Positions 1 through 13,300 of a stretch of 64,000 bases of DNA are shown here, in pieces. This stretch comes from Antedon mediterranea. Taxonomy: Eukaryota; Animalia; Echinodermata. How positions within the stretch are numbered: position 1 is the stretch's first letter; each line of letters starts with the position of its first letter. The stretch is from contig NC_092672.1 in assembly GCF_964355755.1 (NCBI RefSeq), forward strand, positions 32,122,437 to 32,186,436. The letters are read 5' to 3'. A program made the position numbers and the translations under genes. Under the pieces are notes generated by a model. It worked only from the letters and a program-made list of their open reading frames with translations, ran no database searches and was not told the DNA's origin.

Positions 1-85
1 CTTCCAAATATGCGCCCTCCTCCTATGCCGCCTGGCATGATGCCTCCGTCGTCCAGCTCTGATCGGTCAATGATGTCCAATCCTA
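1..85 (+). CDS. Upstream Pro/Met-rich gene, internal coding exon (5'-truncated by the window)
   Basis: Frame 1 reads LPNMRPPPMPPGMMPPSSSSDRSMMSNP; GTAAGT donor at 86 (phase 1). Confidence 0.8.
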
Positions 86-301
86 GTAAGTATATTCATT
101 CATACAAAATTATTACATATTTCAGAATAAATTTCAAAAGAGACTTAATTTATAAGCATGATAAATTATTAAATAGTTTATCCATCCTGTAATTGGCGAG
201 TTACTCGCTGTTGAGTGCGTAAAACAAGAAAAAAAGAAAGTGGAAAAGATTTGGTAATATAACATTTTTTAATCTAAAAGTTACATTTGTTTTTTTCGCA
301 G

Positions 302-382
302 ACCGACCGCCAATGCCGCCACCACCTGGGCTTATGCCGCCCCCCCAAATGGGAAACAATATGTCAATGAGAAATCAATACA
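302..382 (+). CDS. Upstream Pro/Met-rich gene, penultimate coding exon
   Basis: Acceptor ttttttcgcAG ends at 301. Reads (N)RPPMPPPPGLMPPPQMGNNMSMRNQY. GTAAG donor at 383; phase 1-1 fits both neighbours. Confidence 0.8.
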
Positions 383-621
383 GTAAGACAACTTATATTT
401 TTCCTATTAGTAAAATTCGTTTTACAAGATACACAAAGATTAAGAAAGAAAATAAGCAACTCATGTAAAAAAAAACAATTTCCAGCATTTATTCATTAAC
501 ATTTTTAATATTATCAATGATTTTAACATAAATTGAATAATCAAAAAAATAAACTTTTGATAGGTTCATAGAAAAAACAATTATATTTGCATGTGTCATT
601 GATCTTTTACATATTCCACAG

Positions 622-698
622 GTGGCCCACCTGGACCTAGGCCTCCACTTATGAGGACCCCAATGCCACCTAGGATGAGGCAATCCTATCAAAGGTGA
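622..698 (+). CDS. Upstream Pro/Met-rich gene, last coding exon (splicing-factor/RNP-like proline-rich C-terminal tail; identity not determinable)
   Basis: Acceptor ttccacAG ends at 621. Reads (S)GPPGPRPPLMRTPMPPRMRQSYQR, then TGA at 696-698. Confidence 0.8.
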
Positions 699-974
699 TC
701 CAACAGTCATGTAAGATAGAACATCAATTTAGCCTAGGATGGAACAGAAAGAATCATTCCAGCAGCAAGTATTACTCACAATGAAACCTGAAGACCTTTT
801 TGGTGTTGCGCTTTAACAACCAGAAACTTGTATGAGGAAATTGCAGTCATTGTGGAATATTTGTAATTTGCAATAAGCCTAACAAGAGGATAAACTATGG
901 TTTGTTGACTAAATACGAGTAAATCTTAAAATCTTTGCGTCAGTAATGTATTAAAAAAAAAGTGGTAATAGAGC

Positions 975-1128
975 CAGTGGCGTAACGGCTATGAGCGCTC
1001 ACTGGCTAAACCCAGGCCCCTAAAGATTAAGGGGCCCAGAGCATGAACACTCCAATGCAACTACCCAGCAGTGGAGGGCCCTTTAGGAGTGCTAAACCAG
1101 GGGCCTTTGCCCTGTGCGTTATGCACTG
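975..1128. mobile_element. hAT-like MITE in the putative 3' UTR of the upstream gene
   Basis: Termini CAGTGGCGTAAC ... GTTATGCACTG. Near-perfect 8-bp TSD AATAGAGC (967-974) / GATAGAGC (1129-1136). Confidence 0.7.
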
Positions 1129-1494
1129 GATAGAGCTATCCATAAACATTTTTTATTAACTGTACTGCAGCATTTAAGTTTTTTACGATAACAATTTTAA
1201 TTGCCCAGTGCAGTGCCACCATGCAACGTTTTATGCACTTTGTGTCATGTGACCCACAATGCAATTTAACCCTTGCAGACAATTACTTTTAAAAAAAAGG
1301 TTAACTGCAAATTTTGGTGACAGTTTGGTTTCAAAATTCAAGATGTTTGCCAACATTTTTTTATGTAAAGTATTGAAACAAATAAAGAAAAAATACAGAA
1401 TATTTGCATACTGTAGTTGTAGTATTTGTAGTACTTGTTTGCTCACCTTTCGATGTATTTTGCTTTTACAAGGGAAACAAAAGTGTTCTCTATA

Positions 1495-1500
1495 AATAAA
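1495..1500 (+). terminator. Candidate polyadenylation signal of the upstream gene
   Basis: AATAAA about 800 bp after the stop codon, after a T/GT-rich UTR. A second AATAAA lies at 1381. Confidence 0.45.
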
Positions 1501-1561
1501 CTATAAAAAATATCATATGGCTGTTGTAACTATACTCATGGGTGAGGAAAAGTGAGCACTA

Positions 1562-1719
1562 AAGCGTGGTTCCCACTAGCGACGCAACGCAAGTGAATTG
1601 ACCAATCACAAGCGATGTCTTATTATGATTGGTAACTGTCTATAACTTCGCTTGTCATTGGTTAAAACGCTTGCGTTGCGTTTACGTCCTTGCGTTACGT
1701 TCTAGTGGGAACCAAGCTT
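1562..1719. mobile_element. MITE family B, copy 1 (PIF/Harbinger-like termini)
   Basis: TIR AAGCGTGGTTCCCACTAG ... CTAGTGGGAACCAAGCTT flanked by TA. Inverted homologue at 55236-55454. Confidence 0.85.
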
Positions 1720-4079
1720 TAGAGCAATCCTTAAATTAAAGGCCAAAAAACTAGTTTCATATTTTACCAGATAAAATAGTTTTTTTAAGAAAATGGTCAT
1801 TCATTAAACATACCAATTGCATGGTCACAGTTCTGTTGTGCACCCCATAGATAGATAGAAACTACAGTACACTCTCCTTGGATTACAGTACTTTTGAATA
1901 AGTGATGTCGTCCAAAGCATTAAAAATAGCGCCACCTAAAATAAAGTATGTTACTCCTAAAAAGTTGTCTACCGCCCACTATCGGTAGTTTTATCAATTT
2001 CCTTCCTTTCTGAACCACTCCCTTTGTTAATCTCAGCTAACTTGACGATGTTTCGGTGGCGTATTTTTCTAGTATTGGATAACTTATAAATATCTCAAAT
2101 TATCTGTTTTGTGTTTTGCTTTACTACCAAGGAGTATATACATATTTTCTAACATTGGGTTTATAATCATCTTTCCTTCGAAAATGGCGAGAAAACTTGG
2201 AAAATAAAAGGTCTCATATATATCGCCAATCATTATCCATTTTAGCGGCGTCCATGTTTTTAGTTTTAGCCATACAATGTGATAGGCTTGGTGAGATAGC
2301 AGAGAGACGTGTTGTTACAAGATATGGAACGGTACATAGTCTGCCACGTCGACAATTCTGAGCTCATATCGTGGAAATTATACAGAATTTATAAACACTA
2401 TTTCTCATGGGATTATTTTATTATCACATATCAGAAAAAATGAAAATACAAGCCTCAAATATTTATTAAAAAGAATGAATATAAGTTATTACTCGTAACC
2501 CGTTATTACTATACCACTACCTAATTCATGACGGCTTAAATGATATTATTGTGGTTAGATTTGCCAAATTAACCCTGTGGAAATACTATTGCACTTTTAA
2601 CGATTGGAAAATACGAAATGACGATTTATTACTCATTTACTGTACTTAAGTGCGCAGGATATTAACTGTAAACACTGGACTTAAATTGTGTCTGAAAAAC
2701 TTTAGCTAGGCCTAGGTGTACGATATACAGTATTTTCCTGTTTGTGTCGCCAATATAAAATATTTGAATCAAAATTCAAAAAGTATATTAAAGATAGTAC
2801 AGTAATAATATTGTTTGATATAGTTATTTTAGTTATCTGCACTTAGCGGATATGTAACTACTTTTGAAATACTGTTTTATATATTGAAATAATATAATGT
2901 TTTCCGTCTAGAATTAGCAGACTCTTTTCAGAATCTATTTTGTGTGTTTTTTGTTTGTTAATCTAAGAGCAATGCTGTTGTGCCTGAGTGATGCTGTAAT
3001 GTTCGTGCCAAGACACATTTATACAGTAAATTACAATTTACTGGTATTCGACCGTAACGCAATCAAGTCATCGAAATTAATGGCGGACAGTTGTTTACTA
3101 CAACTCTCTATTGTTTTTAAAATACCGGTTAAAATGTACAGTATCGGTGTTTTGTTGTAGGCTATGCTAGGTATTTCACGGCTTTTTCTGTACAATACTG
3201 TAACATCTAACATTGCTATAATGTTATAGGCAACTATCCTCTATGATTTTAATTGTAAACACACAAAACATTATCTAATTTTAGGCATACTGTATATGAA
3301 ATGCCGGTTGTAAACAGCGCGTGAGAGGAAGAAGAGGCGATGAATGTAAACCAGGTGCGCATTCTAATTTGCATAACTACTGAGCGGGAGAGAATGCATA
3401 ACAACTCCATTTCTGTATTAGGTGGTCTTTCCGATTTACCAGGTGGCCTTACGGTATTACATGTTTAAACAATAAGTCAAATAACAAAAGTATCCTGTTT
3501 TAGCTAAAAACGACATTTTGACCGAGATCTAAATTAGTAGTAGGACCGATCAATGGTTTCATTGCCACTGGCCATCTTTAAATATTAATTATTAAAAGGG
3601 CCCACGCAACGTGTATATAGCAGCTACAACAAGGCTATTAAAATTTATTATACTGTGTTGTTAAAACCGTTATAAAAAAGAGGCGCTTAATGTCGACCCT
3701 TTAATTGAGTCTTTTACTAGGCCTATATTTAAAACATATGTAATCTTCATCTATTATAAAATTGTATGTTGTATGGTTGACAATATTTTCCTGAACACAA
3801 TAATAATAATACAGTAATAATTAATTATCATACATATTTAATATAAATAGAACATTGTTCTATCAAAACACCGAGTAAAACAACTTGAAATTTGAATATA
3901 AAAAAATATTATTGATAATGTAACACATGAATGAATATAATATATTATACATTATAAAAAAAATATATAAGTAAAAATAATGACAATGATATTTTCCCAG
4001 CATGCATGTTGTTGCAAAGCCTGTTTAGTTCCCTGTTTTTGTATAGTTCGACCTCGCTTCTTGTGTGTGTGTGTATTAT

Positions 4080-4130
4080 ACCGCGAAAATGTTCATATAG
4101 CCCAATCAATGACGTCAGGCTATACAGCAG
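4080..4130 (+). promoter_or_regulatory. Candidate SPEN proximal promoter
   Basis: E2F-like CGCGAAAA (4082), CCAAT (4102-4106) and perfect CRE TGACGTCA (4110-4117), about 165 bp upstream of the ATG, with local CpG enrichment. Confidence 0.5.
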
Positions 4131-4276
4131 CACACACAAAACACACACCAGAGTTCTATTGCATGCTACGAATGGTACACTACACGGATAATTGAACGAC
4201 AAGCAATGTTGCTAGGAATTTAGGCTGTTTTACTTGATTAATACTGTCTTTATGAGCAGTCTAACATATCGCCGCA

Positions 4277-4359
4277 ATGGTGCGGGAAACCAGACATCTT
4301 TGGGTTGGAAATTTACCGGATAATATACGAGAAGAAAAGGTGAAAGAACAATTTAAAAG
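4277..4359 (+). CDS. SPEN: SPEN coding exon 1 (RRM1 N-half)
   Basis: gcaATGG start; MVRETRHLWVGNLPDNIREEKVKEQFK(R); GTGAGT donor at 4360. Confidence 0.96.
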
Positions 4360-7300
4360 GTGAGTATGGTGGGGAGAAATCTCTAACGGGAGCTACGCTG
4401 TAGGCTAGATCGTGTGATGGAATACGGCGATCCACGCTGCCTGAGCTGCCTACTCTTTGCATGCATAGATAGTACGCGATATCATGAAGTTGTATTTGTT
4501 GATTTCGCCGTCGACGTTTTGAAAACGACTTGCTAAATTTTTATTACATTAATCAAAATTCAAGAACGCTTGGAATTATTTATGAATGTATTCTTTATAT
4601 ATTTTATTAAAAGGAATTTTCGTATCGAAAAAACTATGCGAAAGATAAGCAATAATAAATTGATGTTGGAGTTTTAAAAATACATTCTTAAATTTTAATC
4701 TTAAACTTATTTTTTGTTTTTTCACTCAATCAATCACTAACATACACAGGCTGCAGGTCTAGTAATAGCAGCCTATATCAAGATAATTGTTCTTGTTAAA
4801 CGTGATTTATACCTTGGCATCTTATCTTAGGCTAGGCCTAGCCTAGATTTATTTTATAGATTGTACTGCAATTATTTTACAGTCGCTCGCAAATGATTAG
4901 TAGTACTATTAGTAGGTTAGGCAGATTTTATTTTAATAAATGAAAAAAAAAATGTTTCAGCTCATCATATTTTCTACTTAAAAATGCGATACTGTAGATA
5001 CAAAATGTGTGACTTAATTATTTATAAAGTTCACCAAATCATACAAATGATTTGGTAAAAAAACATTTGAGAAAAAGACGTTCAATTATGGATATTATTT
5101 TATAATCTTTGATTTAGAAAAGATTTATATTCCAAATGCTTTGATTCACTCACTTTTATTTGTTTTTTTATGGGTTTTTTTTTTTTATAGATTTTTCAGT
5201 GTTTAGCAATTGACCACTCTACATGCATCTTTTTAGGGATAAAAACAGTTTGTTTAAATGAGACTGTAGGTACAATAGAACTAGTTCTATTTTGCTACTG
5301 ACCACTTTGACCATTCAAGTACACACCATCCATTTACTAACAAGCTGAACATCTACAATCCATTACTATAGATAGGTGGTTACAACCATTAGCTCTGTTA
5401 AAATGTTATTAGTAGTAACACATTGCCGGTATCATGTAATGGATAATCCATTAACATGTTCATCGGCAAATGCTTTTATTTTTCAAATATTGTTTCACTT
5501 GTCAATTGATAATGTTCATAAACTTTAAAAGAAATGTTTCAGACAATTCTATAATTAGATTTAACTACAGTGTATCAGTAAACTGAATAAAGTAAAAACA
5601 AATTTTAACTATAACTTGATCTTTAAATTAAAAAATATTAATTTTTTGAAGTCTTTTAGAACTTCTATATATACTACAATATGTCTTAAACTGAACAGCA
5701 ATGTAATTTTTTAATTAAAATATATTATTTTAATGAATTATTTAAAAAAACAAAAATATACAATAAGTACTTTTTTCTTTAATAACAGGAAATAATTTCG
5801 CCAGTGTAGCATAGCAAAAAGCTATACAAAACAACCTTTTTGCTACAGATTTTTAAATTTGTGTAGCAAAAATACAATACAAAACTATGTTTCTCGACTC
5901 AAAAATCAGTTTGATTAGCAATATTGCTAAACAAATTTTAAAAATGAAATTTTTCCCGGTTAATATTATTTATTAACAATTTATAATATTATTTTTTAAA
6001 TATTTTAAACTATTGTCTTCAAATATTTTTAATATTAATTACTTGATCTACTACTGTATAGTACTGTTTTCCCTATAGAATGGTTATTACATAATAAAAC
6101 ATTAACAATCAAATATATTTATAATTTGTACTTTAAATGTTCAGAATAATAAGTATGAAATATTTTATACCTTAAAAATACAGAGTACTGTGCAGAATTG
6201 ATAGTACTTATTGAGAATTTACAAATGAAAACACATTTACAATTTATCGTTCGGTAAATCCTATGCTCTTCCTTTGATTATAATTTACATAATTACAATC
6301 TGGATTTAATCAATAATTTGCATAAATTCATGATTTATTATCTAATAAGTTATCCCATTTTTGACAACAGCACTTGATAAAGATTAAGACATATATAATT
6401 TATGTTCTTATTTTTCCACAAACACAATTTAGAGAATTATATTTCAAGGTAATGTTGTTTACCAATTTCCAATCAAGAGAAAGAAAAAATTGGATGCGTT
6501 TTTCTAATTTAACAGAAATAATGACCTGTAAGTAATTGTGAATAATGGTGAATACTACATTCATTAGTGACCGATATGATTCATTTTCATGGCTTCTGCA
6601 CTTGCATTGGCTAATTAGGTTTAATAAGAATTCACTTCAGTTTTTTTTTATAGTTAATGTTTGGAGTGGTCAGTTTTGTCCAGGGTAGTCCAACTCTGAC
6701 CCATCAAGTACTGCAATGTAATTAGTGAATAAGGCTAACAGCATACAAAGACAATCATCAAATGAATATGGGTGTTGTAGTCATGTCTACAAAATTGCTT
6801 CTATTGTCTAGTTCACTAATAAATACACTATGGTTTTAAATCTAATTATTGTATTGTTATTGTCACTTGGCAAGCCAATTTAAAAAAAAACACATTTTTA
6901 CTGACTAGTTTTATTTTTAATAGCCAAAATGATCACACCTGTACTGTACAGTCTTTGTATCCAGTTGTAGTGTACTTAGTATGATTTATGATGTAAAACA
7001 AATTTATGATTTAAAAAATATAAAATAATATCTAATATATAATCTAAATATAATCTAATATTAAAGCATAACAAAATGCATACAATCCTCAGTTGTATTT
7101 ATTCTGTAAAGTAACTGTTGAATTGGATTGTGTTTTTTTGCAAAATTAATAATGTAACTTTGAATTTATTCGTAGTTTACGCAACGCATTATTACTATAC
7201 CAATCTTTTTCCTGTTAAAAATTCAGTACTGTAAATACAGGTACTGATATAACTGTACAGTAGTTATAATCATATTCAAACAACAATCTTCCCCAGCAGC

Positions 7301-10300
7301 ACTGTATTTTACAGTATACAGTGTTAACCTTTGCCTAATTGTACAGTTAGGAAATATATTATTACAAAAGATACAGGTACCTTTATTTTCAAACAATTTA
7401 AAATTTGTTTTTATCAAGGTTAACTTAATAGCAATATAAAATAATACATGACATTTAAGGGTATGTTCAGACTCACAGAGTTACGGTGGAGTTATGTAAG
7501 CGGCGTACATATTTTTGTGTCTGAACCATGCCGCGGATTAGCGTTAGGAAGCTGTTACTCCGCGCCAGTGGCGTTAATAACTCTAGCGGGAGAGGGTAGA
7601 TTTCATAACGCTAATCCAGTGATGCATCAGTGATTTTAACCTTAACCAATGAAAATACACGACCACGATTAGCAGACAGCAACTACATACCCGTACCCTA
7701 TGATACGACAGTGAATTAGCTATGTCAAATGTATTTTCACGTTCAGATTTTAAAAAACAGTAAAGTTGGCGTCAGTAATATGATATTTTTATAAATTAAA
7801 TCAATCAGATAATTGTCCATGTAACAATTGCGTTTTAAATTATTTTGAATTAAAATGCAATTCTACAAGTAGTAAGAACAAATCAGTATATTTGAAGGTA
7901 AATATTATATAAATAAAAATAAAAAAACAATGTAAACGATGTAAACTTTCATGCATTGTCATTAATGTATACATATAGTTCTATCTGCTTTGACCTGATC
8001 AGAGTGTTTTAAACGCAAGGCATTGGAATGTTGATCGTTGTGTCTGAACACCTTGGCTTTTAACGCCATGGATTACCGTACGCCTTGGCTAGATAACTCC
8101 ACCGTAACTCCGTGAGTCTGAACATACCCCAAGACATTTTTTGGCCACAATTTTCGTTTATTACAGTACAATTTACAATCAATTTAAAATTGGTTTATCA
8201 GGGCCAACATTAATAATGAAATGACTTTTTTGGAAAAAATAATGTAACTTTCAACATAATTTTCATTTACTGATACATAAAAATAACTGTAAATGTAAAG
8301 TACTTTGGAGATTGCAGTAAATATTTGTTAGTTGCCTTTGCAGACTTACATTTAAGGTAATCTGTGACAATAATATCATTCATCCTGTTTTAAATTTAAT
8401 TTAATTAATTCAATGTCCATCGAAAAATTTGTCACATGTACAGTATATTAGTAATATCACGAGTAGCCCTATGACGTGAGCATATTGCAATTCAAAACAA
8501 GTTTCTGTTTAAAATAAAAAAGCACAAAATTGTAATTTCGACAACTTGTTTAATAGTGAGCATTGTTGCTGTATTTAGCCATCTCTATTCTTTGCTTGTA
8601 CAGTATTTTAAAGCTAGTATTAGTGATGTGTTTTAAGAAAAGAATGTTTTGTATATTTTTACTGATTTTTATTAATTGTTTAGATACTGAGTAAAAACCT
8701 TGTACTAAACAGCATCAATATATCCTTCCTGCATATATGGAAACTATTTATTTTAAATTGACAAGTTAAAAGATTATGAGAAATTTAGACCTTGCATTAA
8801 TTTTAACAAACAATATGCAATATAATATAATTATTTCAAATTCTAATTTTTAGTCTATTTCGTGCCTAGCTTACCTGGATAAACCGACAATAGCCCTTTC
8901 TCCTCGAAGAGCGAGATATACCACGAAAAGTAGAAATTTTTAATATCATTATCAATGAAATGTCATTGACATAATAACAAACATCTACGACAAAAAGCCA
9001 ATTCAATATTGTTGCATTCGTCCTTTCTGCTTCGTAAATATTAACAGAAAAAATTGATACTTGCATAATATAACTATTGATTGTAGATAATTTTCTAAAC
9101 TTTAATTGCATTTGCAAACCTTGACATTTTCGCAAGTCGGAATGATTACTTTCTTACTGTTGATTTTATTTTCTAGATCGAAACAAATAAATTAATGAAA
9201 CATTAAGCTGTTTAATTCAATTCAATAATTCAATTAAATTTCTTTATTGACAATGATGCCATCGAGGGATCCGCTTAAGTTCAATATTAATAAAAATTGA
9301 AAACAAAATTTGTTGTTTATTATAAAATTAAAAATCTTCAGTCAGGGCTTGATTTTTTTACTAGCCCAGTATACTGTACAATGGCTAGTAGTAAAAACTG
9401 CACCGGGCTAGCATATTCTGACAAAACAGTCAAAGTAAATCAACTTTTTTGTTAAATTCAATTAGAAAAACTAAATTCCAAGGATGCCTATAGTGAACAA
9501 AAGGGGCCCAACAAAAGTATGGTATTAGTAGTACAGTACTGTAGTACAGTAGTGTTCAAGAATATAATTTGGCAAACTATCAATGACTGGGTCGCTAGCA
9601 AAATGGCATACAGTACCAGCGAGAATTACTGCCCCTTTTTGGATGCGACGGATGCGTCGAGTGTCCGTCCAATTTGCATCCACGACGCGTCCATTCATAA
9701 ACTAAACCAATGATTTGGACGCGCTTTCGTCGGGCGGGCCGTGACCTCGCTACCTGAGTCTGTTTTTGTTATTGTTCACGACCGTATTCATATTCAAATT
9801 ACATCGGAAAACTAAGCCTGACTGTTGAGCAGGGTCGGCTGTATTGGTGTTTGTTTATAAAATACTTTCATATTCACAAACAATATAATTAAAAAATAAA
9901 TAAAGTTAGCCTACGACTTGTGTGTGTTGTGTTTATTTCCATCTGCCGAATAATTCGTCCAAAAAGCCAGTTTCGTGTGAAACTGTGTCTATATCCATCG
10001 CTAGCCCGCCGTGTGATCTAGCCGGCCGGTTCACTGTCTAGCACGTACACCACCGCCTGAGATCGGCCTGGCGTACTCGATCAATAATCATCGTCATGAT
10101 ACAGTATATTTTGTTCATATGAATCATTTTATGGAAGAATATTTTTTTAATAACGAAGCCTCTATTTCATGTTGAATTATTGATATGATCATAGAGAAAT
10201 AAGTTATATTTAAATGAAATATGATGAGTTAAAACTGTGGAAGAAGGCTCAACAAAATCATGTAGCCTACAGTATGTACTGTACACTGTCGATTTATATC

Positions 10301-13300
10301 TCCATGGTCGTCATAGCGCGCAACAAAGAGCACGTGATATTTTTCTACTCCATCCCAGCAAAATTGCAACCATGTTCTACCGCTGCTGAAAAGCGGGTTG
10401 ATGACCCTGTTGATGACGTACAGTACAACACTAGGCATTCTGTGTACGCTTTGCTTATAAATATTAAGAAATATTTTTTTTACGCTATAATGATGTTCCT
10501 CTCTGATCATGTTAAGATTACAGTGTTTGTATAATTGTAATAATGACTGTAATAATATTTTTTTAGTTAATGTTATTTTGTACCAATTTTGGGGTCTAAG
10601 CATAGAGATATTATAGTGAAGTTCACTATAATATCTCTATGCTTAGACCCCAAAATTGGTACAAAAAAACAAGGGCGGGTGTTAGAATTTGATACACTGA
10701 ATAGAAAAAGACAATAGGATACGGAACAACACAAAGGCATTAAGGCTTGGTACAAAAGCGATTTAAAACAAAAAAGCCAAGGGCGGGTGCTAGAATTTAA
10801 TATAATGAATAAAAATAGGTTGAGGATATTATATAGTGTTAAAAAACTACATGTACTGCACCATTTTTGTCCATTACAATGTGTCGATTTTTTAATTAGT
10901 ATATAAAATTCATTGCTTCGCTCGGACAGCGAAAGCAAACTATTTTTCACACACTCGGGTCGCCGAACGGTCGAGTTAGGTAAATATGCTATCACGTGGT
11001 TTTACTGCATGGCAGGCACACATGGTTTCAGCACTGCATTTCCCGCAAGTCTCGTTCGGCGGTTTCTTTTTAGGCGGCGTGCCAAAGAAGTTTTTTGACA
11101 TTCGATACTCACAATTCATTGCTTCGCTCGGACAGCGAAAGCAACATATTTTCACACACTCGGGTCTAGTCGCCGAACGTTCGAGTTTGGTAAATATGCT
11201 ATCACGTGGTTTTACTGCATGGCACGCACACGTGGTTTCAGCACTGCATTTCCCGCAAGTCTCGTTCAGCGGTTTCTTTTTAGGCGGCGTGCCAAAGAAG
11301 TTTTTTGACATCCGATAATAGTTTTACTCACAAAAAATCAGTCTTTCTTGCCCATATAGTAAGCTGTAGTACTAATGAACTGGTATCTATACGCACTTAT
11401 TCATTAATTCGTTTTTTAGAGGTTTTTTTTTTGCATGTTATTAACTACTGTAGTATAAAATACATTTCGTTTGATACTGGTTTTCACGGGTTTAGAAAAC
11501 ATCGTACAGAATATAACTGTAGTACAGTAACAATGCGGAGCTTTTGTTTACGTTAACACCGGCGAACAATGGCGTGGTTAGCTCCCGGTTAGCTCAAACA
11601 CAAAGGACGTTGGTCTAAGGTCAAATCACGTCAGACGCGTCGATATAATGGACGCGAGGTGGACGTGTCATGGACGTATTCATGCCGCGTCCGAATTGGG
11701 CAGTAATTCTCGCTGGTACTGTATGGGCTAGTGAAATATATAGTTACAGTAACTAGCCCAGTAGGCTAGTTAGTATATTTACCAACAAAAACAAAATTGG
11801 AGCCCTGTCAGTGGTTGGTATAATATTAATTTTGTTTAAATTATTAGTTTTAAACATTACTGATATGACCCATCTAAACATGTATCATAAATAATTGTTT
11901 AATGAAATCAACCAATCATTTTTTCGTATTAATATCATTAATAATTTATTATGAAATAAGTCAATTTTTTGGTTGGTGATATTTACTTGTGAATGATATA
12001 GAATAGTAACTGTAAAGTGTAATTATAAATTAAGTAATAAATGTTAATTTTTTGGTTGATGATATTTGTTGAATGAAATGTAAAAATAGAGGGCGCTATG
12101 TTTTTACAATAAAATAACCCAAACATAGAGGGCATTATTATTTAACTTTGAACAAAGAATAACTTTTTTTTTCTTCTTTCGGCCATCTGTGCCATTTTTA
12201 TACAACAGCAGCTGCTTTAAGCTTTTCTATGCTTAGTGTTAAAGTTGTTGCAGTCGGCCGATTTGAATCGTAGTCGTTCGCCCGTTCTCCTCGTCTAGCA
12301 GATCAATTTTTAGTCAAGCATCACTTGCAAAACGTTAACAACTTTTCGTAAAACAGATGATGAATTAATGCTATATCTTTATATTATCACAAGAATACAT
12401 TCATTCATATTAAACTGTTCTGTACGATGCGAGATATACAAGAAACAATTATTGCAATATTTAAAAAAATAAAAAATTTGAAAGACGAAAAAAAAAGAAT
12501 TTTATAATATTAAATATTTAGTGTAAAAAAACATTAATATTCCCATTATTCAAACTTCATGTTAAGATTACAAATTTACAATGTAAATTATCAAAAACAC
12601 ATGAAACACTCGCAGAAATGAGAACCTACCGTACGGTAGTCGTGCAGGGATGAAATTGACATGAAACTGCATTTGATTGAATTTCTATGCTGATTTCGAA
12701 ACTGTATGATAGCCAGCTACAGTATAGTAAGTTGTACAGTAATATAGTCACTGTTGGCTGTAGCTATATAAGACCAAACAATACTGTATGTATGCAGTAT
12801 CTAACACAATTTATAACATATTTTGACAAACAGCCAAAGTAAATCAACTTAATTAGATGTTTTATTGTGTGTAAAAGCTCTGTCTACACTGTTTATATGT
12901 GATGTTCCTATATTATAGACATGATGATATCACTACCATATTTGGGAATATCACTTCCATATTTGAGTACGTCACACTTTTTTTTGTAGAATTCTAAAAT
13001 TCAGTCTTACTCTTAGTCAATTTAATGCTGTGAATCCAAAACACATTTTTTTTAAATTTCTGTTAGTTAATTTTCTTATTGCCACATTCCCACACAAAGT
13101 ATGTAAATGTCACTCATCTGAATTTTGATGATTTACGCATTGGACATAAAAAAGAACATATGTTGTCTGTGTTTAAATTTATAAAATTGTTTACTGTTTT
13201 GGTTCTGCTTGAGTCCCTATGGTTTAGCTACCCTGAAAAAACAGTATCATTGAGGAACATTGGATGTGACATTGGCTGGTATTTCTATTATACTTACACC

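Larger units (their letters stand above)
9611..11721. mobile_element. Tc1/mariner-type non-autonomous element nested in the hAT-like element
   Basis: Perfect TIR CAGTACCAGCGAGAATTACTGCCC / GGGCAGTAATTCTCGCTGGTACTG with TA on both sides. No transposase ORF. Confidence 0.85.
9343..11807. mobile_element. hAT-like non-autonomous element (5-bp TSD) hosting nested insertions
   Basis: Termini CAGGGCT ... AGCCCTG; direct repeat TCAGT at 9338-9342 and 11808-11812; CTAGCCC/GGGCTAG subterminal motifs at both ends. Confidence 0.65.

Noticed and set aside
1-698. Naming the upstream gene (e.g. a specific snRNP or SF3 subunit)
   Set aside because: Only a low-complexity proline-rich tail is visible, which is not diagnostic.
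10214-11556. Overlapping 60-140 aa ORFs as a possible transposase
   Set aside because: No DDE, HTH or tyrosine-recombinase motifs; they arise from a tandem duplication within non-autonomous elements.
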